DNA of 44,781 nucleotides, filler included, from Catajapyx aquilonaris (Eukaryota), in assembly GCA_000934665.2 (NCBI GenBank). It is 2 parts of 2 records of this genome, joined end to end, with 100 filler letters (N's around TTAATTAATTAA, not from the genome) between each part and the next. Parts side by side here need not be neighbours in the genome. Positions count along the whole stretch, not along the records: positions 22,328 to 44,781 come from JYFJ02005901.1; 1 more part is not named here. One strand, 5' to 3'. Below the pieces are notes generated by a model. It made no database searches, was not told the origin of the DNA, and saw nothing but the letters and a program-made list of their open reading frames with translations. The position numbers were made by a program, and so were the translations under genes. Shown piece after piece: positions 36,933-44,781 of the stretch (position 1 is its first letter; the number at the start of each line of letters is the position of its first letter).

Positions 36933-37145
36933 CAGTGTTGGACATTAATCGCATCATACTGCTAGCGACATTTTTCGAATCGACAGAAGAACGAATCTTG
37001 CTCGCATGGCTTGCACTATATAGTAATAATTTGTTTTATTTTATTATTATTATTATATGGCTTGCACTATCCATTGCTTCGATTTGTTCGTCTGCCGCTT
37101 CAGAAAATGTCACTAACGGTATGACACGATTAATGTCTAATACTG
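36933..37145. mobile_element. Tc1/mariner-type MITE, CAGTGTTGGACATTAAT family
   Basis: TA-cagtgttggacattaatcgcatcatactgctagcgacatttttcg ... cgattaatgtctaatactg; homologous to 20826-21097. Confidence 0.8.
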
Positions 37146-37202
37146 TGCAACAGACATGACGAGTGATTTACCCCTTGCCCCAGATGGATAATTTTATAAT
37201 TA

Positions 37203-37370
37203 CAGTAAAACCTCGATATGACGCTCTTTGAGTGACTGCCCAAAAGTAGCGTCATAAGCGGGATAGTGTTATATGCCGGAAAATTTACCTTACGGGAATG
37301 ACCAAGTGACCGGGGAAAATAAGGGGCGGGAAAGCGTTATATGCGAGAGCATTATATCAAGGTTTTACTG
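37203..37370. mobile_element. pogo/Tigger-type MITE (168 bp)
   Basis: TA-CAGTAAAACCTCGATATGACGCTCT ... AGAGCATTATATCAAGGTTTTACTG-TA; 22/25 TIR match, intact TA duplication. Confidence 0.85.
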
Positions 37371-37630
37371 TATTCCTCTACTGTCGATCACTTCTGCGTA
37401 CATTGAGCGACACCAAGAGATAATAAATAATTGGGAAACTGTGTTTTTCTGTGCTTGTAAACAAACACACGTGATATAAGTGGTTGTTGAATCTTTACGT
37501 ACTGTATGTATGGGCTGGTCCTCAGGGATTCGAGTTATGTACAAATCTAACTTATGGACATTTTCGGGAACGTAACCCTGTTCGTAGACCAGGGACTACC
37601 CTTTCAAGGCTGTTATATCCGGATTCAACT

Positions 37631-37631
<1 letters not shown>

Positions 37632-37682
<51 letters not shown>
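37632..37682. repeat. (TAA)n microsatellite, possibly a retroposon tail
   Basis: ~17 taa units. Confidence 0.9.
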
Positions 37683-37684
<2 letters not shown>

Positions 37685-38490
37685 GTGTCAAGTAGGGTCG
37701 AAACTGATTTATTTGGTCAAAGTACTGTAGGATTAGACTGCCTAAGCTCCTCACGTAAATAAGATTGGCAGGTGTATATTGAGGAAAGCATCCGAATGTT
37801 TGCAGTGTCATGAGTGTGACGTAGCTTGTTAGCCTGATTTCAATGAAAACACTGCACTTATCTCTGGATTGCGCAATGGCCAGTGTTGTCACAATCATGG
37901 TCGATATGGAGTATGTATAGTATACCTTGTGACTCACCCAAATGGGTCAAGATTCTGTAAGTTCATTCAGCTCCTTATGCTTTTAAAATGCGTCTGCACA
38001 TGTGACTGTGCATGCTGAAGGGATCATTGGTGGAAAACAAAGGGATTTTAGAGCCCCTTGCTTGTCAGTCCTCATTGTAATCGCTTGCAACATTGTTCAG
38101 TCTCATGATAGGACATTTGCAGTCATACGGTAATCTCAATTCGGAATTGGTGAAACCTGCTTGTAACTTACCATGTATTCGGCACAAACTTCTGCTAAAA
38201 TTTTTGCCTCATTGCAGAGAAGGGTTCATCTTGTTAGACGTACCAGAAACCAGTTCAGTGCAGATAGGTTCATCTGACAGATTGACTTTGATGCAGACAT
38301 GTCTCACGGTGCATGTCTATTGTGCAACTTATGGCGTGCGCTAGTCAATTGCTTTCTATTGCTCATTAATCCTAATAGGATGGGCATTGTGTAAATTTAA
38401 TGGCACGGAAAAGTCTTACTCAATGCGACTTTTTAAGTTTTCAGAATTATATTAGTGGTTGATCCTCACTTTTTAATGTTACGCAGGTGG

Positions 38491-38578
38491 AACTCCAACT
38501 GTACGTAAGCAGATAGCAAGACCAAGTGTGGACCAACTCCAACCGTACATAAGCAGATAGCAAGACCAGGCTTGGACC
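38491..38578 (+). repeat. 44-bp tandem duplication in PP2A-A 5' UTR
   Basis: aactccaactgtacgtaagcagatagcaagaccaagtgtggacc / aactccaaccgtacataagcagatagcaagaccaggcttggacc, between acceptor acgcag (38486) and ATG (38588). Confidence 0.9.
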
Positions 38579-38587
38579 AGGCACAAA

Positions 38588-41500
38588 ATGGCAGCCAGCG
38601 ACACTGCAGGAGACGACTCCCTGTACCCAATTGCAGTCTTGATTGATGAGCTACGAAATGAGGATGTTCAGGTAAAAAGTCATGCTGAATTTATAATTGC
38701 TCCTCCTTTCCTTGTTTGGAATTACCCATGGCACTGATTATGACTTGATGTTGAATTGCATCTCCACAGCTGAGACTCAACTCCATCAAGAAGCTGTCGA
38801 CCATCGCACTGGCGCTGGGAGTGGAGCGCACCCGCACAGAACTCATCCCGTTTCTGACAGACACAATTTATGATGAGGATGAGGTTCTTTTGGCATTGGC
38901 TGAACAGCTCGGCAACTTCACAGCACTTGTCGGAGGATCAGATTATGTTCACTGCCTCCTGGTGAGTAGTTTCACTCCCGAGTTTGTAGGAACTTTTTTT
39001 GTACAAATGGCAGGAAAACTCAAGCCACTTTCATTTTTGCAGCCTCCCCTTGAGTCCTTGGCCACAGTGGAGGAGACAGTCGTCCGTGACAAGGCAGTGG
39101 ACTCCCTCCGTGCCATCTCCAACCAGCACAGCACTGCCGACCTGGAAGGCCATTTTGTTCCACTGGTTAAGCGGCTGGCGTCTGGGGATTGGTTCACCTC
39201 TCGGACATCTGCTTGCGGATTGTTCGGCGTCTGCTACGTCCGCGTATCGGCTGCGGTGAAGAGCGAGCTGAGAAACCACTTCCGCAACCTCTGCCAGGAT
39301 GACACGCCCATGGTTCGCAGAGCGGCTGCCTCCAAGCTCGGGGAATTTGCAAAGGTCGTGGAGGTGGAATACCTGAAGTCAGACCTCATCCCCATGTTTG
39401 TCAATCTGGCGCAGGATGAGCAGGTCAGTGCTGCAACTTCTGGTTGTAGTAAACCAATTTGCATTGCTGCTGTTTGGTTTTGCTTATCTCGGCACTTGTA
39501 CTTTGCAGGACTCTGTGCGCCTCCTGGCAGTGGAGGCATGTGTGAACATAGCCTCTCTGCTGCAGCAAGAGGACGTGGAGCAGCTGGTGATGCCCACTCT
39601 CCGTTTATGCACAGAAGACAAGTCATGGCGGGTTCGCTACATGGTGGCAGACAAGTTCACGGAGATACAGAAGGCAGTAGGAGCAGAAATAACTAAGACC
39701 GACCTGGTGCCTGTCTTCCAATCCCTGCTGAAGGACTGTGAAGCGGAGGTGCGGGCGGCAGCAGCGCACAAGGTAATTTTCTGCTGCATATGCTTTCTCC
39801 ATGTGTGAGACGCGTGTGACATTGATTGTGTTCCTGCAGGTGCGAGACTTCTGTCAGGGGCTGGAGACGAGTGTGCAAGAATCTGTCATCATGAACAACA
39901 TACTCCCCTGCGTCAAGGAACTGGTGGCCGACCCCAACCAACACGTCAAGTCCGCCCTGGCCTCCGTCATAATGGGACTCTCTCCCATACTTGGCAAGCA
40001 CAAGTATGTAGCAAGGTTGCTGGAGTATGGAGAATGCGGATGGAGTTTACGAAATTGGATCTTTCTTCCGCAGCACTGTGGAACATCTGCTCCCCTTGTT
40101 CCTGTCCCAGCTGAAGGACGAGTGTCCGGAGGTGCGCCTAAACATCATTTCCAATCTGGATTGTGTCAATGAGGTCATTGGGATCCAGCAGGTAAGGTGT
40201 ATTGACTGGAAGATGTGCAGATGATTTCTCTTCTAGTGCTGTCTGACTCTGCCTTGACTTTTCATCCCTCGATTCTTGATACTAGTGCGGACAGAAAGAT
40301 CGTGGAACATTGCAGGGGGATTAACTTTTTAAGACAGGCAGCATTTAGGGCCCCGCGACCCATGTGCACCGGTGCTTCCCGTGACAAAAGGACCTCAGGA
40401 TTTATGCATTTGTCTTCTCGCAATGAAAATCTTTGAAGTTTTTACAACATGATTGTAAATTTAATTAATTTTTGGCCGCCTTTAGGTCTAATCAATCTGC
40501 AATCCCCCCCTTTTTTTTCTCACTCATGGAAATAAGTTCAGTAGTGAATTATTATTACAAGTGCAGGAGAGGCAAATTGTGGGATTCTGACATGTTTTCA
40601 TTGCAATGCTTTCTATCCACCTGTTAAATCTGAGCAGTTGTGTTATTTGTGAGTTTGTCACATTTGCAATCGAGTGTACCTGAGTATGGGGAAAATTAGA
40701 TTACAGCAAAGTAATGTGTGTATTAGCAATGCAGGCTAGTGTTCCTTTCTGGAAATCACTTGCTGTCCGCAGTAACATCGCTTCCATACGTACATCATGT
40801 GTTACTGTACTCAACGGTTGGAAGTAATAACGTTAACGTCTAGTTCCTTCTTCCTGTTAAAGGTATCGTCCATTGCCAATTTATATGTTGATTTGTGATA
40901 TAAAGTGCTCTTACCTTGACTTTTATGCTAAAGACCAAGCGCTGTTGAGACATGGTTGTGACGACATTTAGGTTCGACTCAGTCACTGTGTCACTGGTAC
41001 TGGTCTCTAGGCTCATCAACATATTGTCACGCCTCGCTGATAAAAAATGAGTATTTAATGGCTGAACGGCTACAAAATGTAACTGAATTTACATGAAGTT
41101 AGTTTCATCTGCAAGGCAGTTAATGATTGGCAGTGGACGTCAGTAAGACTAGGTGTAACATTTTGACGTATGTGCAATTAATTAATTGTTAAATATTCAG
41201 TGCTAATGTTGAAGTTATGTCTAGGTGTCATCGAGCAGGAGCAAAAATCACACCATTTTTTGTTTCTTATCATTTGCTGTTTCTCACCTTTTCTTCTTTT
41301 TTTCCCCATTACATACCTATGTGGGTGTAACAATTGTCATATGAGCATCGTGTAATTTAGAAACAGCATGATCTCTGAAGGAACGAACATTGGACACCAG
41401 CATTACATCGGGTTGGCGCAATCATTAAGATTGCGGAAGGCTTATGTTACACCTACACGGCTACACCATCCACTTCTTTCTGCTTTTTTCTTATTATTTT

Positions 41501-42831
41501 CCTCTTATTTTTATCTGGTGTAATGCTGTCAAAGTCAACAGTCCGCGAATGTGGCAGTGCTCCACTGCTAGCAGTGGTGTAAAGTGAATGGATCAGCGGC
41601 AGATACTAATGCTGCATCATCCACCTTGATGAACCCACCTTCAGAGGCTACTAATCCATTGATTTACACCGTTGCCACATTTGTGGACTGCGACATTGCC
41701 AAAGTTACGCTCTGAATTTTATTTTTATGGGGTTTGAAATTTGAGCCAGTTAGGCATTCGATTAACATGCCTGAGGAAATGAGAAGCAGTGACATGCAGT
41801 AAGTTTTTTTGATTTTGTTTTCGAATTGCTGACTGGCTGGCCGTGTAATACATGGCAAATATCCCACGGGGTGGCTTAAGTTCTTTTGAGTTACCTTTTT
41901 TTCACGGGGTGGGAGAATGTTGGTGAAGGAAGCGTTAGTCGTTTAGTTGAAAATCTGAAAATGTGGCTAAAGAGTAGAGCAGATGGGTTCCTCACAGCTA
42001 TCACAGTCGCTGCTGCCCGCCATCGTGGAACTAGCGGAGGACACCAAATGGCGAGTGCGCCTGGCCATCATTGAGTACATGCCGCTCCTGGCAGGGCAGC
42101 TGGGGATGGACTTCTTCGATGAGAAGCTCAACGCCCTCTGCATGACCTGGCTGGTTGACCACGGTTGGTACATCAGGACTTGCAAGTTGGAGCTGTGTCT
42201 CTGAACAAAAAAATGTTCCTTCTTGTCTTGCAGTGTATGCCATTCGTGAGGCAGCAACTCTGAACCTGAAGAAATTGGTAGAGAAGTTTGGGTCGGAGTG
42301 GGCGCAGAATACTGTCATACCAAAAGTATTGGCCATGTCTAGGGACCAGAACTACCTCCACCGCATGACCTGCCTCTTTTGTGTCAATGTGAGTGCTTGC
42401 ATAATTCATCAGTGTTTCTTGACGTTAAATATATTTGTCATTTGGGAGCAGGTCTTGGCTGAAGTATGCGGGCCTGACATGACCGCCAAGCTAATGCTGC
42501 CCACAGTCCTCGGCATGGCGTCAGACAATGTGGCCAACGTCCGCTTCAACGTGGCCAAGACCCTACAAAAGATTGGTCCAATTCTTGATCCAACGTGAGT
42601 GCAATTGTTGATTTCATCCTGCTGCACAGGACTAAATCCTCTGATTAATTTCCAGCACCCTTCAATCACAAGTCAAACCTGTCTTGGAAAAGCTTAACAT
42701 CGATGCCGATGTGGATGTCAAATATTTTGCTTCAGAAGCAATAGCAGGTGCGTTCAAATACTTTTGTCCCCGTGAATGTTTGTTTTGCACTAAAACCTTT
42801 TTCCTCTTTTTTTTTCGCAGCACTTGGTTAG
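38588..42831 (+). CDS. PPP2R1A: Serine/threonine-protein phosphatase 2A 65 kDa scaffold subunit A (HEAT repeats), ~589 aa
   Basis: Exons 38588-38671, 38770-38961, 39043-39423, 39509-39772, 39840-40003, 40074-40191, 41998-42163, 42234-42388, 42452-42594, 42656-42747, 42821-42831. Diagnostic [99 protein letters not shown]. Single invertebrate ortholog of PPP2R1A/B (Pp2A-29B). Last exon less certain. Confidence 0.96.
40192..41997 (+). other. Highly structured PP2A-A intron 6 (series of G-U-rich stem-loops)
   Basis: Helices 40867-40881/41125-41139, 40883-40892/41015-41024, 41320-41332/41445-41457, 41539-41558/41671-41690, 41576-41600/41647-41670, 41744-41761/41821-41838. Confidence 0.65.
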
Positions 42832-43431
42832 AGGTAGCGAAGACTGCATTATTATTTTTCCGTTGTTTTGGTTTCCAGGTAAGAATAAACTACTTGTGTC
42901 AGGAGACCATGTTAAAGGTGCAAGTAGCAAACACAAAGGATGAGGACTTATAATATTCTTTTTCCCCCCTATCTGTGAGAGTGGTGGAAGAGAGAGATAT
43001 GTTCCAAGAGTGAATTTTTTCTTTTTCTTTTTGGCTCCTCATTTGCTTTGCCTTACCTTTCTATTTTATTTCACTCGTAGCTCCAATACAAACTTTGAAG
43101 CCACATTCCCTGAGCCCCCTCGTGATTGGTCAGTTTCTCACCAGGATTATTTTTGAGCGGTCTTGATTGCTTCAAATTTTTTTTTTGAAAATCTTTTCCA
43201 AGTAACTGACGAAATTGTTGCATGTGACGTATACAGCCAATTTTTGCAATGTTTTTTGCATGCAGCAATTTCTCTTGTGTACCAGACAAGAAAAGAAATG
43301 TTTGTATGTCAATTCCCACCTTTTTGCAAAGATGTAGGGTGGAACTTTTAACTGCCTGAAAGTAAAAGATAGGATTTGCAATTTCCACTAACAAGGTTGA
43401 AACTATGCGAGGAAAACGCATCCTTCATACA

Positions 43432-44188
43432 TCAATTGTGTTGCGGTACTTTAATACCAATCACTTGTGTCCATGTATAAAGCAGATATGACATGAACTA
43501 AATTGAAATATTATTGCCCAATTAAATGGTGGCATGCGCAGCAAGAGATGAGAGTATGAGGTTTCTCTGTTACTCCCCCTTAGAATTATTTGTCTGTAAA
43601 TTACGTGGACTTATTTCTGTATTACGTACACTTGTGAGCACTACTGGATAAATAAATTTGTTCTAAAGTACTGAACTGTTTAATATTTTATCTGAAGCTG
43701 AAGTGTTGAGTAGACATGCATGGGAGTCATTCCATTCCGCTAATGATGTCCCCTTGACACAAGAAAGAAAGCTGCAGCGTACGACAATGGTCAAGTTTTC
43801 GCCCATGACTTGCTAGTGTGATTCTAGGATGTTCCTGTGTCAACCCGGGAAGTGGTGTGATATGTCTCCTCAGGTATCTCTTTTCTTATAGACTAGTAGC
43901 GAACCCACTGCCAAAATTTGGCAACACTGCCGGGCCCTCCCCTCACTTGAAAGTCGTACAAGATGCCATGACCAGTTGCCGCATAGACGCCTTCTCTGCA
44001 CACTGCTGCCACTCTCAGCTGGGGCAAGAAGTACTACATGCATGTAGGTGATATGTCACCATGCGGACAAAGCCCACCAGGGTTATGCCTCCGTTGCAGT
44101 GTGTCCCAACCTCTCACCACTATAGCGAGTGAACCTGTTCGTCAATTGTCTTGCGGTACTTTAATACCAATCACTTGTGTTCATGTAT
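43432..44188 (+). repeat. 47-bp dispersed direct repeat downstream of PP2A-A
   Basis: 43432-43478 and 44142-44188, 45/47 identical (tcaattgtNttgcggtactttaataccaatcacttgtgtNcatgtat), 710 bp apart. Confidence 0.9.
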
Positions 44189-44781
44189 GCCAATAAAATT
44201 GATCCTATAAAACACACATTATTTAATAAGTAAATAAGCCTTACATTTACATTCCACTAGCGGTCTACCACTGCGTCACAAGTTGCAGACCTGACTTGAG
44301 GGACTCGAGCTACAATAGTTTTCAAGAAGTTTACACTTTGAGCAAAGCACACTTGCACACCATACAATAAGTGCTGGAGTTCGGATGGAAGTGACCTTGT
44401 TACAATTTAATTGCAATTATTGACATTAGTGAACAATAAGAGACACTTTCCAGTGAAAGTACAGGGTGTGCCAGGGCCAGTCAATACTGGTGCCAGCAAT
44501 AATGTTGGGATTCCACCCCCAAAAAGTCCAGTATTTTCTCCGGATGTGGTCAGTTTATATGGCCAGGGAATGAGGAAGAAGGAAAAGGGACCTGATTTAT
44601 GGGGATGTCGGCTGCACATTGACAAAGAGTAGCATCCAGTCGCAACCTTGCCGAAATTGGACCCCTCTGAATAAGGAGACCTCATTGGCTCTGGGGTTTC
44701 CCTCCACCATCCAGCATGATCCTAATTAGACCCTTCTGGAGACGCTGAGGGGTTGACCGGTTCGGCGGTTTGCTTTTATTG

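Noticed and set aside
38821..39696. 291-aa single ORF as a complete gene
   Set aside because: Read-through of PP2A-A exons 2-3 and introns; the spliced model explains it.
44407..44781. Terminal ORFs or retroposon/hAT-like fragment
   Set aside because: No recognisable protein in any frame and only vague similarity to TE ends; cut by the window edge.

Overview
Eukaryotic (invertebrate metazoan, probably arthropod - inference) genomic DNA made of two pieces joined by an artificial 100-nt spacer (44 N + TTAATTAATTAA + 44 N, 22228-22327). The left ~22 kb has no recognisable protein-coding gene, only MITEs, mini/microsatellites and non-coding sequence. The right ~22 kb is gene-dense with short GT-AG introns. 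It holds the 5' part of RBM7 (-, cut by the gap, absent from the ORF track), MTERF4 (+), a PKDCC/VLK-like secretory kinase (+, 7 exons, ~456 aa), SART1/Snu66 (-, 10 exons, ~820 aa) and the PP2A scaffold A subunit (+, 11 coding exons, ~589 aa). Best leads: (i) a 46-nt stop-containing cassette exon in SART1 intron 1, enclosed by a ~29-bp long-range helix whose G-U pairs work only on the transcribed strand; (ii) the oversized 1.8-kb PP2A-A intron 6, which folds into a series of G-U-rich sense-strand stem-loops with competing helices and a cryptic stop-containing exon; (iii) a three-level transposon nest (pogo-type element > tRNA-SINE > Harbinger MITE). All alignments, translations and helices were read by eye; no database search or folding program was run.
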